Source: Candidatus Cloacimonadales bacterium
GTDB lineage: Bacteria > Cloacimonadota > Cloacimonadia > Cloacimonadales > JAFGVF01
Assembly (NCBI GenBank): GCA_963663475.2
Contig: CAXXJV010000001.1
Coordinates: 1,536,001-1,600,000, forward strand
Direction of reading: 5' to 3'
Length of the DNA: 64,000 bases
The notes beneath the pieces are model-generated. The model was not told where the DNA came from, made no database searches, and saw nothing but the letters and a program-made list of their open reading frames with translations. The position numbers and the translations under genes are program-made. Positions within the stretch are counted from its first letter, which is position 1; each line of letters begins with the position of its first letter. This document shows positions 19,078-29,752 of this stretch, one piece after another.

Positions 19078-19821
19078 TTAGAAACTACCGATTTCAAAGA
19101 ATTCTTCTACTTGTGGGATTCCAGACTTCTTAGCTTGCTCAAGGCTACCAGTGAAGAGGAGTTTACCCTTATGTAAATAGATTATTCTATCTGCAATTCT
19201 GTGAATTGATGCTAATTCGTGAGTAACAATAACCATAGACATGTTTAATTGATTCTTAAGATTGATAATTAACTCATCTAAATCTGCACTTGTCACAGGG
19301 TCTAGTCCTGCTGAAGGTTCATCACAGAAGAGTATTTCAGGTTCAAGAGCTAAAGCTCTAGCCAAAGCTGCTCTTTTTTTCATTCCTCCAGATAATTCTG
19401 ATGGTGTAAGATATACTGCATGGTCTAAATTAACCAAGTGGAGTTTTGTTTTAATAATTCTATCAATAATTTCAGGAGTAAGATTAGTATGCTGTTCTAA
19501 AGGAATAGCTACATTATCATAAACTGATATTGAGTTTAGTAGGGCTCCATTTTGAAAGAGCATACCCGTCCGTTTTAAAATCTCATCAAAGGCTTCTTCT
19601 TCCATATTTGTAACATCCTGTCCTAGAATCTCAACCTTTCCTGAGTAAGGTTTGTACATTTTTAAGATATTTTTTAAGAGAGTTGTTTTACCACAGCCAC
19701 TAGTTCCAAGGATAACAGTAACTTCACCTTTATACATCTCTACCGAAATACCATCGAGAACAGTTTTATCACCATATTTGGCAATCAGATCATTAGTTTT
19801 GATTATTATTTCTTTTTTCAT
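19078..19821 (-). CDS. mlaF: MlaF/Mkl-type ABC ATPase of an MCE system
   Basis: GTSGCGKT, LFQNGALL, ELSGGMKKR, CDEPSAGLDP. Confidence 0.88.
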   Translation of the reverse strand: MKKEIIIKTNDLIAKYGDKTVLDGISVEMYKGEVTVILGTSGCGKTTLLKNILKMYKPYSGKVEILGQDVTNMEEEAFDEILKRTGMLFQNGALLNSISVYDNVAIPLEQHTNLTPEIIDRIIKTKLHLVNLDHAVYLTPSELSGGMKKRAALARALALEPEILFCDEPSAGLDPVTSADLDELIINLKNQLNMSMVIVTHELASIHRIADRIIYLHKGKLLFTGSLEQAKKSGIPQVEEFFEIGSF

Positions 19822-19823
19822 AA

Positions 19824-20900
19824 TTATAAATAGATAAGGCTAAATGCTGCATCAGCTAGGATTACAGCAAAGATTGAAGTAACAACAGAGCTGGTAGTAG
19901 CTTTACCTACACCCTCAGCACCACCAGTAACTTTCATTCCGTAATAAGCACCGATAATGACGATTAACCAGCTGAAAGAGATAGTTTTAATTAGAGTAAT
20001 TATAATGTCTTTAACTGCTAAAATATTAATTGATCTAGAAATATAGACTTCTAAAGCAACGTCTAAAAAACCCACTGAAATCAGGAGACCTGCTCCCATG
20101 GAGATTAGAACTGAAAAAGCTACTAGCATTGGCATGGTAAGTGTGATGGCATGAAACTTGGGTACTATAACATACTTTATGGGGTTTAGAGCCATCATTT
20201 TTAGTGCATCAAGTTCCTCAGTAACCTTCATTGTGGCTATTTCAGAGGCAATTGCTGAACCAGATCTACCAGCAATAATAATTGCTGTAATGAGGGGCCC
20301 CATCTCTCTTACTATGGAAATACTTAAGAGGTCTGCAATATAGACATTTGCACCGAATTTCTGCAGTTGGAAACCTGATTGAAGAGTGAGGATAAAGCCA
20401 ATAACAAAAGATAGAAGAGCAACAATTGGTAAGGCATCAAGTCCGATTGCTATTGCTTGTTCTGTAACCGCACCTTTTCTTCTTCCTTTTTTATTGACTA
20501 GTCCATTAATACTCCACCAGATAGTATCTGAAGCTAGATATAGTCCATCTACAAGTTGATTTATCAGGGATAAGAGACTATCTCCAGCTTTAACAAAGAT
20601 GTTATCTGCTTTGGGCTTTTCAGGTTTTTCTCCCTTGCTAGTCGAGAAAATCTCAATAGTTTTCATAATAGACTCATTACCTGCTTCTAAGGCATCATTA
20701 GTCAATTCCTGCCTATCAAGAATAGTTTCAATTAGGGATACACCAGCACCATCGATCTCTTCAACATTAGCCAGATTAACTTTATTAAGCTTGGTCTTGG
20801 CATAATTTTGATCATAATCTTTTAGCAAAGCTGTTATATTAGCAATTAGTATTTTACCAGATAAGTAGAGGCTTTTGTCTTTTACTTTTAATTGAGCCAT
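19824..20900 (-). CDS. mlaE: MlaE-family permease with N-terminal STAS-like domain
   Basis: REMGPLITAIIIAGRSGSAIASEIATMKVTEELDAL; GGAEGVGKATT. Confidence 0.9.
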   Translation of the reverse strand: MAQLKVKDKSLYLSGKILIANITALLKDYDQNYAKTKLNKVNLANVEEIDGAGVSLIETILDRQELTNDALEAGNESIMKTIEIFSTSKGEKPEKPKADNIFVKAGDSLLSLINQLVDGLYLASDTIWWSINGLVNKKGRRKGAVTEQAIAIGLDALPIVALLSFVIGFILTLQSGFQLQKFGANVYIADLLSISIVREMGPLITAIIIAGRSGSAIASEIATMKVTEELDALKMMALNPIKYVIVPKFHAITLTMPMLVAFSVLISMGAGLLISVGFLDVALEVYISRSINILAVKDIIITLIKTISFSWLIVIIGAYYGMKVTGGAEGVGKATTSSVVTSIFAVILADAAFSLIYL

Positions 20901-20906
20901 AATAAT

Positions 20907-23027
20907 TTAGAAGAAGTAAGATAATCTGATAAATGAGCTAGTTCTATAGACAAAATAGTCTTTGATATTCTCATTATAATTTACATCAAATCGGAAATCC
21001 CAGGAGACATTTCTGATAAGCTTTATGTTGAAGACATTAACAAATTCAAAAGTTGGATTTTCTTGTCCTTGTAAAGGAATAAGTAGGTCAGCAGTTGAAG
21101 ACCAGCTAAGTCTTACCTGAGGTATATTAACATTTGCAACAATAGAAGTTGCAACACCTTTAGTTGAAGTATCATCTAATCTCCTATAGGTACGATAGCC
21201 AGTAGCATCATCATCGCCCTCATAGACAAGTACATCGCTATTGTAGGTCTGCAACCAACCTAAACCAGCTCTAAAGTTAATATTTCCATACTTACCATTA
21301 TTGATTCTATAGTTAAGTCCAATATCTTCCTTGAGAGTAAGTGGGAAGATAGGATTTTGCATTTTAACCCGATCTTTATTAAAGAGGGTATCAATATAGG
21401 TTCCAGATTCATCCTTGATAATATAATTTGAGTCTGTAGAGAAGTAAGTATGTTTAGGGAAGAAGTGAGAATTAGTATCAAATCTACCATAGAAACCTAA
21501 TTGATTCCAAATATTGTAGATAAGTGTATTATTAAATCTAAAATCATCTACAGAAATTTTTAAGTCTTGTTCAGATTCTTTATTAAAACCTAGTTCCCAG
21601 TCTATTCTACCTTCATAATCAATATTATCTCTTTGATAGTACATTTTTCTATCAAACTGACTGCTCATAGTAAGGTTTTCATCAAAAGAATTTTCTTCAT
21701 CTTCATTATTAACATTGATATTGAAGTTTAAATGAAAGGCATTTTGAGTTGACCAGAAAGTTTTGAGGAGATTATCAGTTTCTTGAGGGTGAATTCCAGC
21801 CCCGAGTAGTTTCCCATTAGCTCCAGCAGGATCTACTACAATTGTTAAATTATAATGTTTGTTAGGTTCTAAATCTATGGTAGTAAAATCTACATAAGAA
21901 GAAAAAGATGCTCCATCAATGGTTATGAAGTAGCGACCTGCTTCCAAAATCCAGACACGATTTTCTTCACCTGCTTCATCTGCAGCTGAAAAATCAAAGC
22001 CAATAGCTTCATTTGAATCCCCTTCATAAATGTCATAGTTCATTCTCACCTTATTTTTACTGGAATCAATAATATTTATAATTAATGAAGACCAGTTTGG
22101 AGTAACTATAGTTCTATACTTAGGTTTAATCTCGATTGGATAAGGTATTTCACGCTCCTGACCCTGTCCTAAATAAAGTGTATATTTACCCACAGGTAGG
22201 GTGATTATTTCTCCCATGGAGATGATTGTATCAAAAGAAGTATCATTACTCTTAACTAGAACCTTAGGAGCATTAGAAGAGTTAGATAGGTTAGGGACTG
22301 TTAGTTCACCATTAGTGTCTTCTATACCTTCAATTATGATAGATTTATAAATGTCATCATAATCAACTACTTCCATGTTGAGTTCAGGAATAGCAGTTTT
22401 GCTTTCAATCCCTTCATCAAAGTAGTCTTTAGCTTTAAATAGGAAATTATCATACTCTTCGGCAATGATTTCTGAAAAAGTTTGGACTACAGAGCTCATT
22501 CTAGAATCAAGAACTTGGATGGTTCTATTTGATCTATGAACAACTACAATTCTCTGTTTGGCATTTCTAAGATAAAAATCAATTCTCACATGAGCAGATA
22601 CCTGGTCGTTAGTATTAACTTTTTCAATATTGCCTACAAAAGAATCAATGTAATAGTCTGGAACAGAGGTAAATAAATCTCTTTGAACACTTTCAAAAAA
22701 GTTATATCTATTTGTTTTTTGCAGGAGTAGCTGCGGAACAGCATTATAAAGTTTGTCAGCCCATAAATCAGTTTCAGAATAAGAAATTGTATTGATTGAG
22801 TTCTTCTCTACAATCTGATTTCTTTGGTAAGAACGAGGAATTTGTGATTCAGTAATCTCTACAGTGTAAGGATAAGGCGTAGTCATCCTTAGCTCTTCTT
22901 TATCTAAATGTGGAAAGTAGTCTAAAATGTAGTGATTTACTTCCTTAACTTCTCTATTACTTGAACAGCCAGTAAAGGCAAGTGATATTAAAACTAACAA
23001 TGATATTAAATAAATTATTTTTTTCAT
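20907..23027 (-). CDS. PqiC-like auxiliary lipoprotein fused to Ig-like domains and a C-terminal beta-barrel
   Basis: Lipobox FTGC; HYIL...PRSYQRNQIV...WAD PqiC-like pattern; barrel-like C-half ending RLSYFF. Confidence 0.65.
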   Translation of the reverse strand: MKKIIYLISLLVLISLAFTGCSSNREVKEVNHYILDYFPHLDKEELRMTTPYPYTVEITESQIPRSYQRNQIVEKNSINTISYSETDLWADKLYNAVPQLLLQKTNRYNFFESVQRDLFTSVPDYYIDSFVGNIEKVNTNDQVSAHVRIDFYLRNAKQRIVVVHRSNRTIQVLDSRMSSVVQTFSEIIAEEYDNFLFKAKDYFDEGIESKTAIPELNMEVVDYDDIYKSIIIEGIEDTNGELTVPNLSNSSNAPKVLVKSNDTSFDTIISMGEIITLPVGKYTLYLGQGQEREIPYPIEIKPKYRTIVTPNWSSLIINIIDSSKNKVRMNYDIYEGDSNEAIGFDFSAADEAGEENRVWILEAGRYFITIDGASFSSYVDFTTIDLEPNKHYNLTIVVDPAGANGKLLGAGIHPQETDNLLKTFWSTQNAFHLNFNINVNNEDEENSFDENLTMSSQFDRKMYYQRDNIDYEGRIDWELGFNKESEQDLKISVDDFRFNNTLIYNIWNQLGFYGRFDTNSHFFPKHTYFSTDSNYIIKDESGTYIDTLFNKDRVKMQNPIFPLTLKEDIGLNYRINNGKYGNINFRAGLGWLQTYNSDVLVYEGDDDATGYRTYRRLDDTSTKGVATSIVANVNIPQVRLSWSSTADLLIPLQGQENPTFEFVNVFNIKLIRNVSWDFRFDVNYNENIKDYFVYRTSSFIRLSYFF

Positions 23028-23038
23028 AGCTTCCCCTC

Positions 23039-23998
23039 TTATTCTCCTCTTAATAAAATGGTTGGATTATCATTTATCTGTTTAGAAAACTCATTTAAAT
23101 TTTCCATAGCTTCTCTTGCTGAATCTAAGATTTCTAAAATATCTCTTCTAGAACGGATAACAGTGTTGTCAACAGTTTTCATCATTGACTCAAGTCTTAC
23201 TATTGATGAATTTAAGCTTGTAACTAAGACATCTAAGTCTGCATCAGCTAAGTCAGTTGATATTGTATCAAGGTTGGTAATTATATTATTGATTGATCCA
23301 TTGCTCAATATCTTATTTACAGATGATATAGATTGGGTGGTAGCTGTAACAAGTGTATCTAGTTTAGCATCAAGAACATTAGTAAATTTAGCTACATCAC
23401 CAGAAATAAGTTCAAGATTTCGCATAGTACCTTCCAAAGTAGAACGATTTTCAGTAAGTATATTATCTAAATTAGTGATGATTGATGCCATCCTATCAAT
23501 ATTATCTTGGTCTGCTAAATTGTTTAAACTTTTTATTAAGGCATCTAGTTGTTCAGTGATCGAAACAGCTTTATTGGTAATGGTTCCAAAAAGAGATTTC
23601 TCAACTTCAATATAAGATTTTGGTGATAAGAGTTTTGATTCATTGGTTCCACCTTTAATCTCAATAGCATTTAAGCCTGTTATACCCACAGGGGAGAGAG
23701 AGGCTCTAGCATCACTTTTTATAGGTGTACCACCTTTTATACTGATGGTAACAATAATTGACGTTACATCATCAGGTGAGATTACTATATCATCAACTCT
23801 ACCAACACCTATTCCTTGATAGTTGACCTTGCTTCCTACATCTAAACCACCTACTGATTCATCGTGAAAGTTGATGTAGTAGATATCTCTTTGCTGGGAA
23901 AGACTTGCCCCTGCTATGACTGCAACAGTGATGATTATCAGAGAAAAACCAGTTATTAAAAAGACTCCTAAACGAAATTTCTGAGCTTTATTTGCCAT
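23039..23998 (-). CDS. mlaD: MCE/MlaD family protein with helical C-terminus
   Basis: SVGGLDVGSKVNYQGIGVGRV; GITGL; NPTILLRG. Confidence 0.9.
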   Translation of the reverse strand: MANKAQKFRLGVFLITGFSLIIITVAVIAGASLSQQRDIYYINFHDESVGGLDVGSKVNYQGIGVGRVDDIVISPDDVTSIIVTISIKGGTPIKSDARASLSPVGITGLNAIEIKGGTNESKLLSPKSYIEVEKSLFGTITNKAVSITEQLDALIKSLNNLADQDNIDRMASIITNLDNILTENRSTLEGTMRNLELISGDVAKFTNVLDAKLDTLVTATTQSISSVNKILSNGSINNIITNLDTISTDLADADLDVLVTSLNSSIVRLESMMKTVDNTVIRSRRDILEILDSAREAMENLNEFSKQINDNPTILLRGE

Positions 23999-24803
23999 AG
24001 TTACCTACCATTAATCTTCCTTCTAAAATTGTAATTGCCTGTCCCTCAATAGAGACACTAGCTTGTTTATTTATCAATCTCATTTGACCTCCTCGATGAG
24101 ACATCTGTTCCAAATCTATTTCATCTGTTTTAAGATTCTCAAACCAATATTCAGATGCAACTAAAGCTGCTGAACCTGTAACTGGATCTTCAGGAATACC
24201 TTCCCAAGGATCAAAAAACCTCATTTTAATCTTCTTATCCCGATAGTTGCAAATAATGAGTCCTCGGATATTAGCCATGATTCTATTTAAAGCAAATATC
24301 TTTTCCAAATCTACTCTTACTTCTTCTAATTTAAGCTCATTGGAAGTTAAAACAAGTAAATAATTATTCTTTTCACTAAAGAATATATCAGCTTTAATCG
24401 AAAAGTTAAAGAAAGATGCTATATCACTATAGTTATCTATTTTTTGTAACTTATCTTTAGGGAAGTTCATACTTATCCAGTTATCTTGCTTATAACATGC
24501 TAAGTTTCCATACTTGGTTGAGAAGTTAACAGAATTAGCTTGAGGATTGATATAATCAAAATATATCTTTCCACTAGCTAATGTTGCATGCCCGCACAAG
24601 CCCACTTCTGTCTGCGGAGAAAACCAGCGAAGACTTATGTTATTCCTATCTTTTATCAGAATAAAAGCAGTTTCTGAAAAGCCAATTTCACAGGCAATGC
24701 TTTGCAATAGCTTGTCAGAAAGTGAGTTATCTAGCAAGACTACTGCTGCAGGGTTTCCCCTAAAGGCCTGATTAGTAAATGAATCAACATAATATATTTT
24801 CAT
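23988..24803 (-). CDS. PhzF family epimerase/isomerase
   Basis: VDSF...GNPAAV, SETAF, LCGHATLA, EDPVTGSA. Confidence 0.92.
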   Translation of the reverse strand: MKIYYVDSFTNQAFRGNPAAVVLLDNSLSDKLLQSIACEIGFSETAFILIKDRNNISLRWFSPQTEVGLCGHATLASGKIYFDYINPQANSVNFSTKYGNLACYKQDNWISMNFPKDKLQKIDNYSDIASFFNFSIKADIFFSEKNNYLLVLTSNELKLEEVRVDLEKIFALNRIMANIRGLIICNYRDKKIKMRFFDPWEGIPEDPVTGSAALVASEYWFENLKTDEIDLEQMSHRGGQMRLINKQASVSIEGQAITILEGRLMVGNYGK

Positions 24804-24954
24804 AAATCAAATTAAATATAAGATGATAATTAAGTCAAGAAATATGAATAATAAAAGCTTGACTTTTAGTTTTACATCTTTGAATTTTAGTTAATAATAT
24901 GGTTCTCACAAGTAGACTGGACTTACTCAACCCAAGGTAAGGTACTTCAGACGG

Positions 24955-25021
24955 AGAGACCTTTGTGAATAGCACATATTCTTCTGCACTCTTCACTAAA
25001 GTTCTACTACACTATCTGGGA
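24955..25021. repeat. Short GTAG-REP doublet
   Basis: AGACCTTTGTGAATAGC...CTCTTCACTAAAGTTCTACTACACTATCTGGG. Confidence 0.75.
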
Positions 25022-25095
25022 TAAAAAAGCAGTAAATCAATGTAAAACAATTATAGTTTTGATAAAGATTTACTGCTATAAGGTAAATTAGCTTT

Positions 25096-25434
25096 TTATT
25101 CTACAGTGAAAGTAGTAGATTTTTCACCTCTTTTGTTACATTCTACTATGATTTTAACTTGGTCACCTAACTTTAAGTCTGGGATTCGATAAATTAACCG
25201 CCCACCCTCTTTTGTTTCTTGTTGGCTAATAAGCTGTGAGATGATTTCTTTATCATTAACTTCAATTTCAACCTCTTTAATAAAATGATCAGCAGCATCC
25301 CTAACCTTGTGTTCAAAATTAACTGTTAGTAATTTTGTTTCCTGATCATAAGTAGCTGTAACTTCTTGAGCTGAATGGGCAAATAAACCACCCATTAAAA
25401 TAGTAAACAGGGTAACTAGTATTAATTTTTTCAT
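25096..25434 (-). CDS. Secreted Ig-like protein with His motifs (possible metal binder)
   Basis: Signal peptide ending LFA/HSA; HKVRDAADHFI and a C-terminal Cys. Confidence 0.6.
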   Translation of the reverse strand: MKKLILVTLFTILMGGLFAHSAQEVTATYDQETKLLTVNFEHKVRDAADHFIKEVEIEVNDKEIISQLISQQETKEGGRLIYRIPDLKLGDQVKIIVECNKRGEKSTTFTVE

Positions 25435-25670
25435 TAGTTTTCTCCTCTTTTTTTAAAGATTTGTGATTTTATCCATTTCCAATTGAAACTTATATGTAAA
25501 ATAGCAAATAATGCAAATAAGATTCCTGCTGTTTCATGTATTTCTCCAACTATTTCATCCCCATTTAATGCTGAGGGAATGAAGGCATATAGAAGGGCAC
25601 TTGTGATTGCTGTAAGAAAAGCAAAAAAAAGTAGAATATTTATTACGATAAGAATTTTTTGTTTTTTCAT
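25434..25670 (-). CDS. DUF4405-like small membrane protein
   Basis: Two TM helices; IHETAG...ILHISFNWKWIK. Confidence 0.75.
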   Translation of the reverse strand: MKKQKILIVINILLFFAFLTAITSALLYAFIPSALNGDEIVGEIHETAGILFALFAILHISFNWKWIKSQIFKKRGEN

Positions 25671-25684
25671 TTAAGCTCCTTATA

Positions 25685-25752
25685 AACTCAAATGTTGCAG
25701 TAGATTTTTTAGAATTTTCATTCTTCATAAAAGCTCTACGGCTCCATTTTAG
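25685..25752. repeat. Degenerate short GTAG-REP doublet
   Basis: TGCAGTAGATTTTTTAGAA...TTCTTCATAAAAGCTCTACGGC. Confidence 0.6.
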
Positions 25753-25857
25753 ATTAATTTATAACATAATAATTGTTTAAGAGCAAAAAGCAAGTTTTTG
25801 AAGAATTTTTAATCTATTTAGGTACTGGTCGTCATAGCTCTGGTGTCTAATTTTGGT

Positions 25858-25890
25858 AAAAAAAAAGAGGCGAAATTACTTTCACCTCTT
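25858..25890 (-). terminator. Terminator of the hydrogenase operon
   Basis: AAGAGGCGAAA...TTTCACCTCTT with a poly-T on the minus strand. Confidence 0.7.
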
Positions 25891-25909
25891 AATTACTATT
25901 TAATACTGT

Positions 25910-27697
25910 TTAGTGTTTTTCATCTAAGCCAGTAGTTTGTTTTTCAACATGACCTTTAAATTTATCTCTACCGAAGTAGTAAGTATGAAGTAAGTCATGA
26001 GCTTTATGTGAACCTGGTTTTTCTAAGTAATCTTTATAGATTTTAGTGATTTCAGGGTTGTGATGTGAGCATCTGAAGTCCATATTAGCATCTTCTTTAT
26101 AAAGAGCTTCACCTCTTCTAGCACGTTGTGAAATACCATTACCGAATGGTTGTCCACCACCACCAACACAGCCACCAGGGCAAGCCATGATTTCAACAAA
26201 GTGATATTCAGTTGAACCAGTTTCCTTGATTTGTTGCTGGATTTTGTCCATAACTTTTCTAGCATTACCAAGTCCGTTAGCAACAGCAACTTTAACATCA
26301 CCGAAACCAGGGATTGTGATAACAGCTTCTTTAACACCTTTAAGTCCACGAACTGCTTCAATGTTTGGATTCTCTAAATCTTCACCAGTTACTAAGAAGT
26401 AAGCAGAACGGATTGCAGCTTCCATAACACCACCAGTTGCACCAAAGATAGTACCAGCACCAGTATAGAAACTCATTCCTTCATCAGGTTTAGCTTCTTG
26501 TATGTTTTGGAAGTCTATACCTGCTTCATGAATCATTCTTAGGAATTCACGGGTTGTAAGAACGATATCAGTATCAGGAACACCATCACGAGCTAATTCA
26601 GGTCTTTGAGCTTCAAACTTTTTAGCAGTACAAGGCATGATAGCAACAGAAACTATATCTTTTGGATCTAAACCATGAACTTCAGGATAGTAAGTTTTTG
26701 ATAAAGCACCAAACATAGACATTGGTGATTTAGCTGTTGATACATAAGGAGTTAAGTCTGGATAGTAAGTCTCAACAAATTTAACCCAACCAGGAGAACA
26801 AGAAGTAATCACAGGTTTGCCTGTATGTTTTTTAAGGTTCTCAACACACTCTGTACCTTCTTCCATAATGGTAAGGTCAGCAGTGAAGTTAGTGTCCATA
26901 ACTGAATCAAAACCAAGAGCTCTTAAAGCTGCATACATTTTACCAGGAGTAACTGTACCCATATCCATACCAAATTCATCACCTAAAGATGCACGAATTG
27001 ATGGAGCTTCTTGAACCACAACGTGTTTTGTTGGATCTAAAAGAGCATCCCATACTTTATCAGTATCGTCTTTTTCTCTTAAAGCACCTGTTGGACAATA
27101 AACAGTACATTGACCACAGTTTACACAAGAACTGTTACCAATACCCCAGCTCATAGCTGTATCAACATGAGCTTCAAAACCACGATCAGCAAAAGTTAAA
27201 GCATAAACAGTTTGAATTTCATTACATACAGTGATACAACGACCACAATTAATACATTTATTAGTATCTCTTACTATAGAAGGACTTGAATAGTCAATAG
27301 GCTTCATTTCTAATAATTTAGGAACTTTTTCCATATCGATATCCATAGTGTAAGCTAATTGTTGAAGTTCACACTTTCCATTAGCAACACAGGTAGGACA
27401 TTTAACATCGTGATTAGCAAGAACTAATTCTAAAATAGTCTTTCTTAATTCTCTTAATTCTTTACTATTAGTTGTAACTTTCATTCCTTCTGTTACAGGA
27501 GTAGCACAAGCTCTTTTAGGAACGCCATAGCCTTCTACATCACAAACACAAATACCACATGCAGCTGTAGGTGCTAAGTCAGGATGCCAACATAAAGAAG
27601 GAACTTTAAAACCGGCTTTTAAGGCTGCCTGAATAATTGTTGTACCTTCTGGAACCTCTACAGGGATATTATTGATTGATAAATTAATCATTTTCAT
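25910..27697 (-). CDS. hydA: Group A [FeFe]-hydrogenase catalytic subunit (HydA/HndD)
   Basis: H-cluster motifs TSCSPGW, MPCTAKKFE, EIMACPGGCVGGGGQP; N-terminal 2Fe-2S, His-ligated 4Fe-4S and 2x4Fe-4S motifs. Confidence 0.95.
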   Translation of the reverse strand: MKMINLSINNIPVEVPEGTTIIQAALKAGFKVPSLCWHPDLAPTAACGICVCDVEGYGVPKRACATPVTEGMKVTTNSKELRELRKTILELVLANHDVKCPTCVANGKCELQQLAYTMDIDMEKVPKLLEMKPIDYSSPSIVRDTNKCINCGRCITVCNEIQTVYALTFADRGFEAHVDTAMSWGIGNSSCVNCGQCTVYCPTGALREKDDTDKVWDALLDPTKHVVVQEAPSIRASLGDEFGMDMGTVTPGKMYAALRALGFDSVMDTNFTADLTIMEEGTECVENLKKHTGKPVITSCSPGWVKFVETYYPDLTPYVSTAKSPMSMFGALSKTYYPEVHGLDPKDIVSVAIMPCTAKKFEAQRPELARDGVPDTDIVLTTREFLRMIHEAGIDFQNIQEAKPDEGMSFYTGAGTIFGATGGVMEAAIRSAYFLVTGEDLENPNIEAVRGLKGVKEAVITIPGFGDVKVAVANGLGNARKVMDKIQQQIKETGSTEYHFVEIMACPGGCVGGGGQPFGNGISQRARRGEALYKEDANMDFRCSHHNPEITKIYKDYLEKPGSHKAHDLLHTYYFGRDKFKGHVEKQTTGLDEKH

Positions 27698-27717
27698 CTT
27701 TACATCTCCAGATCTAT

Positions 27718-29277
27718 TTATTTAATTCTTTTTAAAAAATCATTTCTAAAGTTCAAAATTGAACTCTTAATTGGCATATTAGGTGACTGTCCAAGGGCAC
27801 AGAATGAAGACTTTAACATAGCTTCAGAAAGCATAATCATACTTTCTAAATCTTCTTCACTACCTTTACCATCTCTAATTTTACAAATAATATTATACAA
27901 CTGCTGGGTACCTAAACGGCAAGGGAAACATTTTCCACATGATTCATGGCGGAAGAAACGGAGAATTGACCACAGCATTTCTACCATATCAACCTCTTCA
28001 CTCATAACCATAATCGCACCTGAACCAAGAACAGCGGTGTACTCTTTCAAACTTTCATAATCCATTTTTACGTCAAGAAGTTTATCAGATAAAATTACAC
28101 CAGCAGCTCCACCAACTAAGGCTGCTTTGAATTTTTTACCTTTAAGCATTCCACCACCATACTTGTTTATGATGTCTCTTAAGGTAATTCCCATAGGTAC
28201 TTCTGTAAGACCTGGCATAGCTACATCACCCATCAAAGTATATACTTTTGTACCTGTAGCTCCATTAACACCTAGACTCTTATACCAATCAGCACCTTTA
28301 TTAATAATTGTAGGAACGTTAGCAATAGTCTCAACATTGTTTACTACTGTTGGAGTTTGCCAAAGCCCCTTAACTCCTGGGAATGGTGGTTTGAAACGAG
28401 GATTACCTCTGTTTCCTTCTAATGATTCAATAAGGGCAGTTTCTTCACCACAAACATAAGCACCAGCACCTACTTTAATGTCAAAATCTAAGTTGTATCC
28501 TGAATCAAAAATATTCTCACCTAAGATACCATAGGAACGACATTGGTTAATAGCATGTTTTAATCTTTCTATACAGAGCTTATATTCACCTCTAATATAA
28601 ATGAAGCCCTTGTTAGCTCCAAAAGCACGACAAGCAATCATCATACCTTCAAGAAGTTTATGAGGGTCTCCTTCCATGATTAATCTGTCTTTAAAAGTTC
28701 CTGGTTCACCTTCATCAGCATTGATAACTAAGTGTTTATTAGGTGAATCTATAGGGGCAGTAAAACTCCATTTTAAACCTGTTGGGAAACCAGCGCCACC
28801 ACGACCTCTTAAGCCTGATTCTTTAACTTCAGCAATGATTTCTTCTGGTTTCATCTCTAACAAAGCTTTTTCCCAAGCTGTATAGCCACCTGCTCCAATA
28901 TATTCCTCAATATCTTCAGGATCTATTATACCTGAGTTTTCTAATACATTTCTTTCTTTATAATTAAAGTCATATGCTTCAACTCTGTCTGTTGATGCTA
29001 GAAGTCTTTTTACTGGTCTTCCTTTTAAGAAATGTTCTTCAACTAATTCAGGAATATCCTCGACAGTAACATTTTCATAAAGTGTGTTTTCAGGATAAAC
29101 TTTAAGACAAACACCTTTAGCAAAAAAACCGAGAGGACCAGTTTCTAAAACATCAATTTCATCCTGTAAGTTTCTTTTAGCAAGTTCAGATTTTAAAGCA
29201 AGTTCAATCTTCTTAGCACCAGCTTCGATAGAAGTCTCATTGATGCCTAATAGTATGTGGCTACGATAGAATTTCAT
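27718..29277 (-). CDS. hydB: NuoF-like NADH/FMN subunit (HydB/HndC), short form
   Basis: [49 protein letters not shown]; no C-terminal ferredoxin. Confidence 0.9.
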   Translation of the reverse strand: MKFYRSHILLGINETSIEAGAKKIELALKSELAKRNLQDEIDVLETGPLGFFAKGVCLKVYPENTLYENVTVEDIPELVEEHFLKGRPVKRLLASTDRVEAYDFNYKERNVLENSGIIDPEDIEEYIGAGGYTAWEKALLEMKPEEIIAEVKESGLRGRGGAGFPTGLKWSFTAPIDSPNKHLVINADEGEPGTFKDRLIMEGDPHKLLEGMMIACRAFGANKGFIYIRGEYKLCIERLKHAINQCRSYGILGENIFDSGYNLDFDIKVGAGAYVCGEETALIESLEGNRGNPRFKPPFPGVKGLWQTPTVVNNVETIANVPTIINKGADWYKSLGVNGATGTKVYTLMGDVAMPGLTEVPMGITLRDIINKYGGGMLKGKKFKAALVGGAAGVILSDKLLDVKMDYESLKEYTAVLGSGAIMVMSEEVDMVEMLWSILRFFRHESCGKCFPCRLGTQQLYNIICKIRDGKGSEEDLESMIMLSEAMLKSSFCALGQSPNMPIKSSILNFRNDFLKRIK

Positions 29278-29732
29278 TACTTCTCTCCTTTGATGTCTTT
29301 AATAATTCTGACAACTTTTTCTTCAGTAAGGTCACCATAAATATCGTTGTTAATCATCATAACAGGAGCATTACCACATACTCCCAGACAGGCACATAAT
29401 TCTAAGGTAAACATACCGTCTGCAGTAGTCTCATTTTGTTTAATATTTAATATTTCTTTTAATTTTCTATAAATGTTATCACAACCTTTTAAATAACAAG
29501 GAGGTGACTCACATAATCTGATAATATTACGTCCACGTGGTTTCATAGAGAACATTCCGTAGAAGGTGATAACTCCATAAATGTGGTTAATTGGTACGTT
29601 TAAGTATTTTGATACAGCAAGAACAGCCTCTTCAGAAATGTATTGCTGAGGATGATTGTCTTGAATGTCATGTAAAATATAGATTAAATTATCTTTAGTT
29701 GCTTCGTATTTTTTAAATATTTCCTGATACAT
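29277..29732 (-). CDS. hydC: NuoE-like 2Fe-2S subunit (HydC/HndA)
   Basis: CESPPC...CLGVC. Confidence 0.88.
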   Translation of the reverse strand: MYQEIFKKYEATKDNLIYILHDIQDNHPQQYISEEAVLAVSKYLNVPINHIYGVITFYGMFSMKPRGRNIIRLCESPPCYLKGCDNIYRKLKEILNIKQNETTADGMFTLELCACLGVCGNAPVMMINNDIYGDLTEEKVVRIIKDIKGEK

Positions 29733-29752
29733 AAAAAATTCCTTATGGGGTC

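Noticed and set aside
23058-23615. 185-aa plus-strand ORF and similar short antisense or overlapping ORFs (19262, 28127, 34303, 45990, 61429 etc.)
   Set aside because: They overlap well-supported genes on the opposite strand or in another frame and have no recognisable motifs.
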